Virus record (IMG/VR): IMGVR_UViG_3300021255_001460
Span: 1 to 64,000 of that record
DNA: 64,000 nt
Strand: one strand, 5' to 3'
Source of the DNA: a virus
Taxonomy: Duplodnaviria > Caudoviricetes
Position numbers and translations under genes: made by a program. How positions within the stretch are numbered: position 1 is the first letter of the stretch; each line of letters starts with the position of its first letter. The notes beneath the pieces were generated by a model that was not told the origin of the DNA, made no database searches, and saw only the letters and a program-made list of their open reading frames with translations. Positions 1-10,855 of the stretch are shown here, piece after piece.

Positions 1-149
1 CTGGAATTTCTTAATACGATCTGCGAAAACTACCACTTTGAAAATCACGAATATGCAGAATTGTGGGAACACTTTTGGGAAGAACTTGGTTATGATGCCG
101 GGAACTTTGACATCATCGACCATGAAGTACTTGAGGGGAGGCTTGTGCA

Positions 150-539
150 ATGATTAAGGACTTTATTGATGCCCACAGAGAAACCGAAACCGAATACCGT
201 TTGGAGTTCTTCATTGACCGTGATGGCGGCTGTTCTTTTCCTTGCGACAAAGAAGGTAATCCGCAATTTGACAAAATGACAGATGCGGCAAAGGAAAATT
301 ACAAGAAATGTATGCAGAATCCAGACAAATTTCCCTATTGTTGGAACGAAGTACACAAACTAACGTGGTCATACACAGAGCCAGCAAGCGGAACTTGCAA
401 GTGCGGCACAAGGATCACGCTATACAACCAATATTGTGGCGCTTGTGAATGCCCGGAATGCGGACAGTGGTACAACCTGTTCGGGCAGGAACTTGTGCCG
501 CCAGAAGACTGGTTGGAAGATATTGAGCCGGATGTTTGA
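150..539 (+). CDS. hypothetical protein with C-terminal Cys cluster (possible Zn ribbon)
   Basis: 129 aa; GGGGAGG RBS; CxC and CxxCxCxxC motifs. Confidence 0.7.
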   Translation: MIKDFIDAHRETETEYRLEFFIDRDGGCSFPCDKEGNPQFDKMTDAAKENYKKCMQNPDKFPYCWNEVHKLTWSYTEPASGTCKCGTRITLYNQYCGACECPECGQWYNLFGQELVPPEDWLEDIEPDV

Positions 540-553
540 AAGGAGCATGAACA

Positions 554-871
554 ATGATACTTATGCAGTCAAGCCCATTACGTGCGGTAGAAATTGAAAT
601 GTATGAGGATGACTTCCCGGATTTTTCGCGAGACTTCTTCGCTGTCCTACATTGGGCAGAAATTCCCGGGCTTGGGGATGTTGCTTTAGTTGATGACATA
701 GATTACTGCATCGATCAGGCAAGAGATTGGGAAGCTTGTCGCGGAGATTACCACGATGACGACACACAGGGACGGCAACGTTCGGTGTATGTCGAGGAAC
801 TTCCAGTAAATGAAGGGATGTTGGAAGATGCTATATATCGAGGAATTACAAGTAAACGAAAGGATGGTTGA
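554..871 (+). CDS. hypothetical acidic early protein
   Basis: 105 aa; AAGGAG RBS; tightly packed with neighbours. Confidence 0.65.
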   Translation: MILMQSSPLRAVEIEMYEDDFPDFSRDFFAVLHWAEIPGLGDVALVDDIDYCIDQARDWEACRGDYHDDDTQGRQRSVYVEELPVNEGMLEDAIYRGITSKRKDG

Positions 872-877
872 GGAGTT

Positions 878-1201
878 ATGAGGAGAAACTACAGAATCCT
901 GAAGCTTCATGAAGGAATGATCATGGAATGTGCGGAGTTCGACGAGAATTATGATGCGGCATTCTACAAATTTATCAGTCCTGCCGCTGGTCGTGGTTGC
1001 TTTTATGCGGACAAGTACGGTGTGAACTTTGAGAATGGCGGCTGGGATGAGGAGAATGGCGAACTGATCTATGGTAACACAATCCTGAACGCCGCTGATA
1101 TTACAGACAATTTGCGGAGATTGTACGGAACAATCTACGACATAGTAGTGTGGGAAGATGACGAAGGAGATGACGAAGATGAAGAATCTGAAGCTGTTTA
1201 A
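878..1201 (+). CDS. hypothetical protein, paralogue of 1179..1469
   Basis: GAGGAG RBS; shares C.YAD.YG.N...GxIL...DI with the next ORF. Confidence 0.7.
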   Translation: MRRNYRILKLHEGMIMECAEFDENYDAAFYKFISPAAGRGCFYADKYGVNFENGGWDEENGELIYGNTILNAADITDNLRRLYGTIYDIVVWEDDEGDDEDEESEAV

Positions 1202-1469
1202 GATCTGCCCGGGTATGGATATCGACATCCCGGACTACGACTTCATTACGGACGGAAAGTATGACATCGAATGCTTCCGTATCGTTGGAAGGGCAAGGGG
1301 TGCGGATTGCTACTATGCAGATCGGTACGGTTACAACCTCGACGATGACGCAGAGCCGCAACTAATCGAGAACGGCTATATCTTAACGGAAACCGACATT
1401 CTCAATTATGCAAAATGGCATATGCCAGACAGAAGCTTTGATAAGGTGGTGTATTACGATGAATGCTGA
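1179..1469 (+). CDS. hypothetical protein, paralogue of 878..1201
   Basis: ATG at 1179 after GAAGGAG; same motif as the previous ORF. Confidence 0.65.
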   Translation: MKNLKLFKICPGMDIDIPDYDFITDGKYDIECFRIVGRARGADCYYADRYGYNLDDDAEPQLIENGYILTETDILNYAKWHMPDRSFDKVVYYDEC

Positions 1470-1836
1470 CATGTTCTATGAAATGCTGGCGGCATTCAGA
1501 AAGATACTTTGGATGCACGACATACAGACTTGGTCGAAAGTAATGGAGGGCGAACTGTGGGTAGATCTTGGTTCAATGGTTGCGGACATGGCAGAAAAGC
1601 CGCCAATACCAATTGACAACATTGACCAGATCTTCCCAGACTTGGTCGCGCCGTTTGAGGAAGCCGCAACAAAGTACATTGGTCGCATACCGAATGCGGA
1701 TCGCAATCGTGCGGAGTTCGCGGGATATAAATGCAAGAACATCTATGGAGATGATTTCTGGGATCTGGCAATTGCAATTGTCAACATTCTACTGCGTCAT
1801 GAAATACTAAAGATCACAAGAGAGGAGCAGAAATAA
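1459..1836 (+). CDS. hypothetical protein
   Basis: AAGGTGG RBS; stop overlaps next start (TAATG). Confidence 0.6.
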   Translation: MNADMFYEMLAAFRKILWMHDIQTWSKVMEGELWVDLGSMVADMAEKPPIPIDNIDQIFPDLVAPFEEAATKYIGRIPNADRNRAEFAGYKCKNIYGDDFWDLAIAIVNILLRHEILKITREEQK

Positions 1837-2258
1837 TGACTAAGATTTATGAAGGCCCACGGGTATTAACCATCCAAGATCCGTTTGGAACGTTGATCGC
1901 GGAAGGCAAGAAGAAGATTGAGACAAGAAGCTGGAATACAAAATATCGTGGAAAGCTTCTGATCCATGTCGCCAAGAAGCTTTGGATAGCCCCAGACTTA
2001 ATGGAAGAAGCGGGGCGGGAAAACGTGGCACGGAATTTGGGCCACATCATAGCAGAAGCTGACCTCGTGGACTGTATTCCAATGACACAGGAATTCATCC
2101 ACAAGATCCGCACAGAAAACCCGTTCGAGTTCAGAGCGGGTTTTTATAGTGTCGGCAGGTTTGCTTGGATTCTGGAAAACGTCAAGCCGCTGGATGAACC
2201 AATCCCGGCGAAGGGTCATCTGGGATTATGGATTCACAAGAGAGATTGGGAGGTGTGA
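1836..2258 (+). CDS. ASCH domain protein
   Basis: LTIQDPFG.LIAEGKKKIETRSW.T.YRG.LLIH; G.LGLW near the C-terminus. Confidence 0.85.
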   Translation: MTKIYEGPRVLTIQDPFGTLIAEGKKKIETRSWNTKYRGKLLIHVAKKLWIAPDLMEEAGRENVARNLGHIIAEADLVDCIPMTQEFIHKIRTENPFEFRAGFYSVGRFAWILENVKPLDEPIPAKGHLGLWIHKRDWEV

Positions 2259-2261
2259 GGA

Positions 2262-2477
2262 ATGCCGACAGAACTGGACAGAGTCTTGATGAGACTGGGC
2301 GAGGCGAACCGCAACATGATCAATTACTTCAGGACGGAACACATGCTTGGTAAGAGTCAGGAGTGGCGAAGCCTCGATCAAGCGCAAGCATTGGGTTATC
2401 TCGTTTGCTTACAAACCAATGGGCAAATTAACAGTCACGAATTGACATTGCTGAATGACTACATCTTGGAGGACTGA
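2262..2477 (+). CDS. hypothetical protein, paralogue of 2480..2698
   Basis: QAxGYxxCLxxxxxxxxxExxLLxxY shared with the next ORF. Confidence 0.65.
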   Translation: MPTELDRVLMRLGEANRNMINYFRTEHMLGKSQEWRSLDQAQALGYLVCLQTNGQINSHELTLLNDYILED

Positions 2478-2479
2478 AT

Positions 2480-2698
2480 ATGGACATAATTGAGAGACTC
2501 AGCGAAATCGACCGCCACGCAATTGAATACCTACGGGATGCGTACCAGAAATCAGAAGGCACGATGGAACGTGTGATTCTGAAAACACAGGCAAGCGGAT
2601 ATATCAGCTGTTTGTATGCACACAACCTTGTGACCAAAGAAGAACACGATCTTTTGTATGAATATGTGAAAGGAGAATACGGAAATGCAAAAATATAG
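2480..2698 (+). CDS. hypothetical protein, paralogue of 2262..2477
   Basis: GGAGG RBS; ends in TAG TAG. Confidence 0.65.
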   Translation: MDIIERLSEIDRHAIEYLRDAYQKSEGTMERVILKTQASGYISCLYAHNLVTKEEHDLLYEYVKGEYGNAKI

Positions 2699-3170
2699 TA
2701 GTGCGGAAACATCGATTAATTCCAGCAAGCTTCCAGCAATATATAGAAAGCTTGCAAAGCAGAACATTCGCGACTGTTCCATATTGGATTATGGTTGCGG
2801 CAAGTACTTGAAGTACATCAAAACATGGTGCAAGGCGCGGAACATAAAGTATCTCCCCTACGATGCCTTCAACCAGCCGCAGAAAGTAAATGAGGCTTCA
2901 TTGTTGGCGGCACGGAAAGCGGAACGGCTCGTAGTTGTATGCTCGAATGTGCTGAATGTGATCCAAGAGGACGAAGTTGTGCAGAATATCGTGGAAACAC
3001 TGGTGTCATTTAAAGCGCCAGTGTTCACGACGGTTTACGAGGGCGACGGTTCATCCAAAGGCCGCGCCACAAAGCGAGATTGCTGGCAACGCAATGAAAA
3101 ATTGCGGCAATACGCAAGATTTTTCCCGGAACATGCCCGTGTTGAGCGTGGAATGATTGTGTGCGGCTAA
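2685..3170 (+). CDS. class I SAM-dependent methyltransferase
   Basis: ILDYGCGK SAM-binding motif; YDAFN; CSNVLNVI motif. Confidence 0.8.
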   Translation: MQKYSSAETSINSSKLPAIYRKLAKQNIRDCSILDYGCGKYLKYIKTWCKARNIKYLPYDAFNQPQKVNEASLLAARKAERLVVVCSNVLNVIQEDEVVQNIVETLVSFKAPVFTTVYEGDGSSKGRATKRDCWQRNEKLRQYARFFPEHARVERGMIVCG

Positions 3171-3199
3171 CACAAAGCATAAGAAAGGATGTTGGAAAT

Positions 3200-6100
3200 A
3201 TGAGTTTTGTTGGAGTTGTGGAATTGTTGGAAGACTTGATCGTTAAGCAAGCACATTGTAAGCGCGGAAGTGCAGATGCAAATTATTACGATAATGTGCG
3301 GCACGGTGTGGAGCGGACACTGGATAAATTGGGAATTGATTACGAATACGAAGACACTGAGGATGAAAATTATCCTTTTGGCATAAAGAAAATCACGATT
3401 TATGACGCAGAATTCCGGGCAACCGAAAAAGAACTGAAACCGCTAACGAAAGGAGCAAACAACAAATGAAGATTAACGAAATGACATTTAAAGATGAAAT
3501 CAACGCGACCGACCGTGTGCGAAAAATAATGTATTGTGTGCGGAAATTGAACTTACTGCTGAAGGATGTCAATGCTTGCTACCAGACCGAGAAATCATTT
3601 GCGAACAACATAGATATAACAAATAAAGATCTCGATGTAGAACTGTTAGAAAAATATATGGATTATGTTACAGAAGCAGTTATTAATTTAATCAGAGCGG
3701 AAGTTATCCGCTGGGGTTTACATGAAGGGAGCGATAAATGATGTTGGAATTTGCAGATTATCTCCATGATGATAAATGTGGCGGCGAACCGGAAGAACGC
3801 TGGGTCAAAACCTTTGACTACTATGGGCAGAAGATTGAAGTGATTGAAGTTCACTTCAACACAGCTTCAACACCGCACATCATTCAGAAAGGTGTGCTGG
3901 TTCACTTCGACAATGGCGAACCCGATGCACTTTATGACTACAACTTCTCCATGCTCTATGATGCGGACGATCTGGAATGTATGTTCTACACCGAAACCGC
4001 AACAGAAAACTTTACCGATAATGGCTACGGCCTATACACAGCAAAGGAGTGGTGATGATGACACTATACGAATTCATGAAGACCTACGATAGCTGGGAAG
4101 TCACTTGCTGGGATAAGGAAATCGATGTGGAATTCTACTTCTACAATGAGGACGATGCCGAAGCGGAAAATGATCTGTGGGATTCCACAATGTTGCGGCT
4201 ATCAAAGTTGCTGGAAGTTGTCGAAGTCGTTGAGGGCGAACCCGGAATGCGTGAGGGTGTTGTCGTTGATATGTACGGACTGATTGATAAGCATCTCGCC
4301 CAACTGAAGGCCGCACACATTATTGGCAAACATATGGACACTGCGGATGTGGTTGAGAATATGGAGATGATTCTTGCCGGGAATCTCACCGAAAAGGAAT
4401 TCGACGAATTCGTTTTGGTACTGGAAAAGTGAGGAGGGTGCGTATGATGAAAGCGTCAATCGTGGAAAGTGCCGCAAAGAAGTACAACGAGATTATGAAT
4501 TGTATTGGGCAGGAACACAAAACAATCGGAACTATCCTGTCCGAAAATAGTTCAGATAATCCAGTAAATATTCAAAACCGCCTATACACGATTCGTGATA
4601 TGGTTGCGGAATGTGACTATATTCTGTCTCTGTATTATGAATCAGGTCACGGACGGAATGATCTGCGGTATGGGGATGAATTGGAGCGGAAGTGTTGGCG
4701 GTCTGATGTCGGAAAGTTGAAACGCTTCATCGCACATTACGAAAAGTACTTAACACCTGAGATCGGCAACGTTGAGCGCCACTGCTCACGGTATGATGTA
4801 GAACCGTTTGACTGGAAATACTGGAAAGTTGAGGTGTAAGTTATGCGTCGAAGCTACTATGAACTGGAGCGAGAAGACGGAACATTCGATCTGCGCTACA
4901 CCAGCGACAAGACCGACGAATTTAACTTGATCTGCGACGGTTACAAGCGGATCTCCCGGCACGAAGCTTTCCGGTTGTGCAATACAGAAAAAATGAGGCG
5001 GCTCACGGATGACAAACTTGCATGGTTGTCGGACGATACGGTCGCCCCAGCTTATGTAGATGAAGATAAGCTTGATGCGGATTACTTCATCTCAAGTGAA
5101 GGTATCTGGGAAATGAAACCGGAACTTGTGGCACAAGCAGACATGAGAGGATGGTAATAATATGAAGAAAACAATGAAGATTATGGATATCAATAACGAT
5201 GGCGACCACTTGATCTGCATTAAGGATTTGACCGCAAAAAGGAATCCGTATAAAATCTACCAAGTGTACTGGAAGGATGGCTGGCATCGGAAATTGCTTA
5301 CCAAGTATGAAGATTTCCAGTCCGTCATCTGGTTTCTCAAGTACTACTACATTGACTACGCGAAGCAGAATGTTGAGGAGTGGCTGAAATGAAAACTACA
5401 TCTAATCTTGATCGCTGGTATGTGGAAACTAATGACACTGAAGTGACACTTACAGTAAATGGCATCGAGAAAACCGCAACGAGGATTATTACCCGTGAAT
5501 ATATGGATGTTATCTTTGATGAAGATGAGCGGACATCATTCTTTGATCTGGATAGCATAGCGTTGGATGCGTTTGGCAGAGGTCTGAGTGATGATCAGAT
5601 CGCGAAAGAAAACCAGAAGTTCGGCAAGGCCACAGTTAACCACATTATCCTTATGGCTCATATGTACAAAGAAGCTGGCGGGATTTATGTTGGGATTGAT
5701 CAGGAAATTACATATGGAAACGGGCTTACATTCAGCAAAGAAGTCAGAACAGATGATGATCTGAATGCTGACGGTGATTTCTGATAAGGAGCGGCTGAAA
5801 TGAGCGCAAAATTTGTGGTCGGACAGCAGTATTGTCCAGCCGATAGCGGATATGAACCTGTTACGGTAGTACGCCGCACAGAAAAGTACATCACAGTTCG
5901 TAACAGTTACAATGAATGGCGAATGCTGGTGCGAACCGATGAACATGGTGTGGAGTACGCCCGGGATTCATCTTATTCTGGGCCGTGGCAAGAATCATTC
6001 ACCTACCGAGCGGATAATTGGGATATAAAGGAAAGGGAGAATTGATTATGGGTTATGTTTACAAAGCTGAGATTATGACAAGCAAAGATCAAACAGAATA

Positions 6101-7441
6101 CGCACTGACGAAACCCAAATGGCTTCACAATTGCAAGAACTTGGGCGAAGCAATGGATGCGTTCTCCGATAAGTACAGATTGGTCGCACTCACCTCACAG
6201 TTTGACGAGAACGAACTAGATCTGCACGGCTATGATATGAAGGACAACCTGTTCTGCTATCTGGAAAGCATGACACGAGGCCGCAACAAGACATATTACT
6301 TCATCTGGGAAAGCGATGTCGACCCAGAACTGCCAGATCCTGTGGAGAATGCAGAACTGCAACAGCGGATTAAGCAAGAGGCTGAACGCGAAGCTGTTGA
6401 GAATATAAAGCAGGACATAGAACGCGAAGCCGCCGAGAATTTGAAAGCAGAAGCCGCTACAAAATATAACGGCTGGAGCGTCTTAAAGGGCGGCGAAATT
6501 TGATATTATATATAGGGAGAGATGACTCGCGAACAACGGGTCATCTTTTTCTTGTCTATAGAAGCCGTCACAGAAAATTTACATGCCGTGCCACTTACCT
6601 TATGCAGAATTTTTCCACATTACTCAGATGAAAGGGAAAGGTGCGACAGAATGAAGAAAATCCCGAGGCCGCGACCAAAGAAGCCGCGCCGCAAAAAGGA
6701 GAAAGGAGCGGAGATTGTGACATTGGAAATGGTTGACCGTAGGATGGACAACATTGTGACCCAGATGGATATAATGAAGCGTTCATATGCTCAGTTGCGG
6801 CGGCTGGACGATCAGGAACAGTTGCGGAATATGAACATGGCGCTGATTGTGTTGGGCAATGCGATCACCAAAGTCAATGCCGCAATCTTGAGGGCACTCA
6901 AATATGATGCTGAAGAAGCAATTGGCAATGGATGAGCGCAAAGTTGAGCGGTGGTTCGACGGCAAGTGCGAGTCCATCATGTCCGCAATTGATGCCGCAA
7001 TTACATATAATGATCTGTACTGCATCGAACCTTATCTCGACGAACTCAGTACCATGTGCAAGTTCATCGAGACTTGTTGCGGTCGCAAGTTCGATTATGC
7101 CGAGCAAAAGTACGAGGAAGTTTCCAAATTTTACGACCGAAAACACGATACGATGCTGACACGCACAATGTAGGATGAGAGGCGACGATGGCAAGATGAG
7201 GAACATACCGATTGAGTATCAGGAAACGGTCATCAGGTACGAACCGCTTTCCGACTTCGCCACCATCACATGTTCGATACCATCCGAGCATGATAAATGG
7301 TTGCGGCTTGGTAACCAAATGTTGCGGCGCGGATTTCAGGGCGTGATCCGAGATGACCGTGACGGAATCGAGATCATGATTCCGAAAAGTTTGGTGCGGA
7401 TAATAATGGCTAACGCGCCAGCTGATGTAGCAAAGGCATAA
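3200..7441 (+). other. Run of about 14 small co-oriented hypothetical early genes
   Basis: ORFs 3200-3469, 3466-3741, 3738-4055, 4049-4432, 4444-4839, 4843-5157, 5162-5392, 5389-5784, 5800-6045, 6048-6503, 6651-6935, 6904-7173, 7175-7441; overlapping stop/start junctions and SD-like RBSs. Confidence 0.7.
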
Positions 7442-7458
7442 GGGGAAAGGATGATTCA

Positions 7459-7650
7459 ATGTTTGTAACCGCAAATAAGGGGCTGGAAAATTTCCTTTGG
7501 GTTCATGGTTTTGTTCCAAAGGAGATGAGGCGGCGACCCGACTTTCTGAACGAGTGGGTCTTCGAGTCAAGCCCGGAACTGCTGGAAACGGTGGACGAAT
7601 ATCAGGTTGTGCTGGAAAGAAAAAGATCAAAAAGCGCACGAAAGTGTTGA
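7459..7650 (+). CDS. small hypothetical protein
   Basis: 63 aa; AAAGGA RBS. Confidence 0.55.
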   Translation: MFVTANKGLENFLWVHGFVPKEMRRRPDFLNEWVFESSPELLETVDEYQVVLERKRSKSARKC

Positions 7651-7675
7651 TATTACAACGGTTTTCCGCTATAAT
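7647..7675 (+). promoter_or_regulatory. sigmaA/sigma70-type promoter upstream of recombinase 1
   Basis: TTGATA-N17-TATAAT. Confidence 0.75.
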
Positions 7676-7727
7676 AAATACGGAAACCCAACCGCCAGTA
7701 AGTGAGTCGCAAGTTGTTGGATGAAGG

Positions 7728-8726
7728 ATGAAGGAACAGGAGGGCTTTTCAATGAAACACTTCCCTATTACAAATCTTTTTATGGAAGCCAGAAAGAACG
7801 ATGTCAACGAGAACACACTGAACCTGTACCGTGACCGGATCGACCGCATACTTGACGAGTGGGAACTGGACTACAACGTATCCATTGTGCCGTTCGATGC
7901 GTATGGCGAACATCTGTACCGGATTCAGGGAGTCAACAAGACCATGCTGAGTGTGTGGCGTACTCGCTTCAACGAAAAGCTTGCTCCTTCTTCGATCAAC
8001 AACTACGCTTCGGCAATCCGCAGTTTTCTCCGCTGGTGCTATGAGGGCGACGTACTGGTGGACGATGATGCGAAACCGATTAATGACGATCTTTCGGTGG
8101 TAATCAAGACCGTGAAAGTTCCGACTCAGGAAAACCTGCCCGAGTGGGAGCGTCCGGTGCGAACCATCACCCCGTCCAATGTGGAAATTATGTTCGCCAA
8201 GCTGGGCGAAGGAACATTTGCGGCACGGAATCAGGCAATAGCCGCCGTTATTCTTTTCAGCGGCTTGCGGAGTTCGGAAGTGTGCGACCTTACAATGAGG
8301 GGCGTACTTGATCACCGCGCTGAGAACCTGATTCACTGTCGCAGAAAGGGTGGCAACTGGTGCTATGTGGAAGCGCCCAACGTCTTCTACACTTATCTGG
8401 ATCGCTACCTTGAAAACCGTGTCCCGTGTGTCGAGGACGAGGACTATTTGTTCACATCATATAGCGGCAAACATCTGTCGCGAATCGATGTGTACAGAAT
8501 TGTAGCCCCTGTGCAGAAATCGCTGAACATTAAGTCTGGCGGTCATGCATTACGTGCGGCCTTCGCATCCGAAGTGGAGCGGATCGGCGGTGTGGCAATT
8601 GCACGAGACACACTTAATCATAAATCCATCACGGTTACAAATCGTTACCTCTCCACCACGCACGAGGATCGGTTGCATACGGTTGAAAGCCTGTCTTATG
8701 CTCCGGTCAGAAGGATAGAAGGATAG
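7728..8726 (+). CDS. tyrosine recombinase/integrase 1
   Basis: SGLRSSE (R), HALR (HxxR), LNH, TNRY (Y); ends in TAG. Confidence 0.9.
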   Translation: MKEQEGFSMKHFPITNLFMEARKNDVNENTLNLYRDRIDRILDEWELDYNVSIVPFDAYGEHLYRIQGVNKTMLSVWRTRFNEKLAPSSINNYASAIRSFLRWCYEGDVLVDDDAKPINDDLSVVIKTVKVPTQENLPEWERPVRTITPSNVEIMFAKLGEGTFAARNQAIAAVILFSGLRSSEVCDLTMRGVLDHRAENLIHCRRKGGNWCYVEAPNVFYTYLDRYLENRVPCVEDEDYLFTSYSGKHLSRIDVYRIVAPVQKSLNIKSGGHALRAAFASEVERIGGVAIARDTLNHKSITVTNRYLSTTHEDRLHTVESLSYAPVRRIEG

Positions 8727-8744
8727 AAAGGAGTTCGGAAACTT

Positions 8745-9770
8745 ATGGCTTCATTGGTATTCAAAAAGGCCGACAGATCGAGCGCGAAACTGAAAATTGC
8801 GCTTGGTGGGCCTTCGGGAACTGGCAAAACAATGTCATCCCTGTTGATGGCATACGGAATGTTGGCAGAGGCACACAAAGATTGGTCGCCTGACGAAATC
8901 TGGGAACACATTTGCATCATCGATACGGAAAACGGATCTGGTTCGCTCTACATCGAGACTCAGGTCGGCACACAGCTGATCGGGGTGTACAACACCATTG
9001 AAATCTCGCCGCCATTCACTGTTGACCGCTACATTGATGCCATCCACATTGCGGAACAGAACGCACAGGAAGTAATCATTGTGGACTCATTATCACATGC
9101 ATGGTCTGGTGAGGGCGGCGCTCTGGACAAGCACGGAAAGATCACGCAGAGGGTTGGAAATAGTTATACGGCATGGCGCGAACCCAAAGAAGATCAGAAC
9201 AAACTGATGAACACGATTCTTCAGAGCCGCTCACATTTCATCTGCAACATCCGAGCAAAAACTGAATACGTTCAGGAAAAGGACGACAAGGGCAAAACAA
9301 CGGTGCGAAATATTGGCATGGGCCTCATCACACAGGGTGAAAGCCAATATGAATACACCGTTTTATTTATGCTCGACCGCGATCATGTTGTGAATGCGGA
9401 AAAGGATCGTACCGGAATGTTTGCCGGGAAATATTTCACAATCACGGCAGATACTGGGCGGCAACTGTATAACTGGTTGCTGACGAGCAAGAATATCGCC
9501 GCATCTATTGCCCAGCCTGTTGCTCCTCAAGCGGAAGCCGAAGAGCCGCAAGTTGAAACACCAGCCGTAGCGGAAGCCGTCGCGCAAGCAGAACCGCAGG
9601 ATAAGGAACTTCTGGCGAAGGTTGATGCCGCAATCAAGGCTTACATCAAGCAGAATGGGCGCGGCGCTGTTGTTGACCTGCTGAAAGCGACGGTGGGCAA
9701 CAATTTGAACTACATGACTTACGATAACGCCACCCTTGCCAAGGTTCTGAGCGTTGTCGAGGCCAAATAA
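8745..9770 (+). CDS. AAA_24 family ATPase, Sak4-like single-strand annealing recombinase
   Basis: Walker A GPSGTGKT, IIDTE, VIIVDSLSHAW; next to SSB. Confidence 0.8.
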   Translation: MASLVFKKADRSSAKLKIALGGPSGTGKTMSSLLMAYGMLAEAHKDWSPDEIWEHICIIDTENGSGSLYIETQVGTQLIGVYNTIEISPPFTVDRYIDAIHIAEQNAQEVIIVDSLSHAWSGEGGALDKHGKITQRVGNSYTAWREPKEDQNKLMNTILQSRSHFICNIRAKTEYVQEKDDKGKTTVRNIGMGLITQGESQYEYTVLFMLDRDHVVNAEKDRTGMFAGKYFTITADTGRQLYNWLLTSKNIAASIAQPVAPQAEAEEPQVETPAVAEAVAQAEPQDKELLAKVDAAIKAYIKQNGRGAVVDLLKATVGNNLNYMTYDNATLAKVLSVVEAK

Positions 9771-9800
9771 AAGGACAAAAGGATAAAGGAGAACAAAACC

Positions 9801-10202
9801 ATGCTGAATTTACACATTTGCGGCAGACTTGGTGCTGATCCAGAAACCAGAACTGCTGGAAGCGGAACTGTGACCACCTTTAACGTCGCCACCACATCCG
9901 CACGTAAGGGTGAGGACGGAAAGTACGTAACCGAGTGGATTCGAGTGTCCGCTTGGAACAAAATGGGCGAACTTTTGCAGAAATACTTCCACAAGGGTGA
10001 CATTTTCGACGGTTATGGCGATCTGACGGTCGAAAGATACACCACTCGTGAAGGAACTCCCGGTTTTCAGCTGAATCTTCAGTTGCGGAACTACAGTTTT
10101 GCCACTTTGAGCGGAAAACATGAAGAAAATGCCGCTCCAGTTGCTTCAACACCCTCTCCTGCCCCGGTAACCGCGCCAAATAATAACGATTTGCCCTTCT
10201 AA
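9801..10202 (+). CDS. ssb: single-stranded DNA-binding protein
   Basis: GRLGADPE, KGD, C-terminal DLPF. Confidence 0.92.
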   Translation: MLNLHICGRLGADPETRTAGSGTVTTFNVATTSARKGEDGKYVTEWIRVSAWNKMGELLQKYFHKGDIFDGYGDLTVERYTTREGTPGFQLNLQLRNYSFATLSGKHEENAAPVASTPSPAPVTAPNNNDLPF

Positions 10203-10258
10203 TTGGTAAAAAATACAAAATTTGTGGGTCAAAAAGATAAAAATTAATAAAAAGATAG

Positions 10259-10287
10259 CGATCCCACCACAAAGGGGTCGATTTTTT
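10259..10287 (+). terminator. Intrinsic terminator-like hairpin overlapping the sigma factor RBS and start
   Basis: CGATCCC/GGGGTCG stem followed by ATTTTTT. Confidence 0.55.
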
Positions 10288-10855
10288 GACACACGAAGCA
10301 TTGAATCAGTTACTCAAGCAGTACAACCCGATGTTCAAGGCACTTTCCCGCAATTTTGCACGGAAATATTCCTTCTATGCGAACATCGAAGCACAGGATC
10401 TGTATCAGGAATGCGTTCTTGCGGCCTGTGAGTACCTTGAACAGTTCAAAAGTGAAAAAGAAGTGGAATATATTCCGCGAATCGTCTGTGTGAACGCAAT
10501 GTCGAAAGCGATAGCGAACGCTTTGCCGCTCACTTACTGGAAAGACGGTCATATGAAACGCATTATTCCCCTTGCAGAAGAGGCGAACATGCGTTTTTTA
10601 ATGTTTGCGGAATCTGAGTTCCACAGGTGTATGTCAATCGATGAATTTGAGGGCGCGGATACCAACCTGTTCGTTTACGACTTTGTGCAAAACCTGAATC
10701 CAAAAGAAAAGACCATTGTTGGACTGCGGCTCGACCACTGGACACATCAGGAGATCGCAGATGAATTCGGTGTGTCCAAATCCGCAATCACACAGGCTTT
10801 ACACAAGGTCGGCAGAAAATATCTTAACGAAAGGAAGGCGATCCTCGATGGCTAA
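10286..10855 (+). CDS. RNA polymerase sigma-70 family factor (regions 2 and 4)
   Basis: DLYQE region 2-like; THQEIADEFGVSKSAI HTH; TTG start after AAAGGGG. Confidence 0.8.
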   Translation: MTHEALNQLLKQYNPMFKALSRNFARKYSFYANIEAQDLYQECVLAACEYLEQFKSEKEVEYIPRIVCVNAMSKAIANALPLTYWKDGHMKRIIPLAEEANMRFLMFAESEFHRCMSIDEFEGADTNLFVYDFVQNLNPKEKTIVGLRLDHWTHQEIADEFGVSKSAITQALHKVGRKYLNERKAILDG

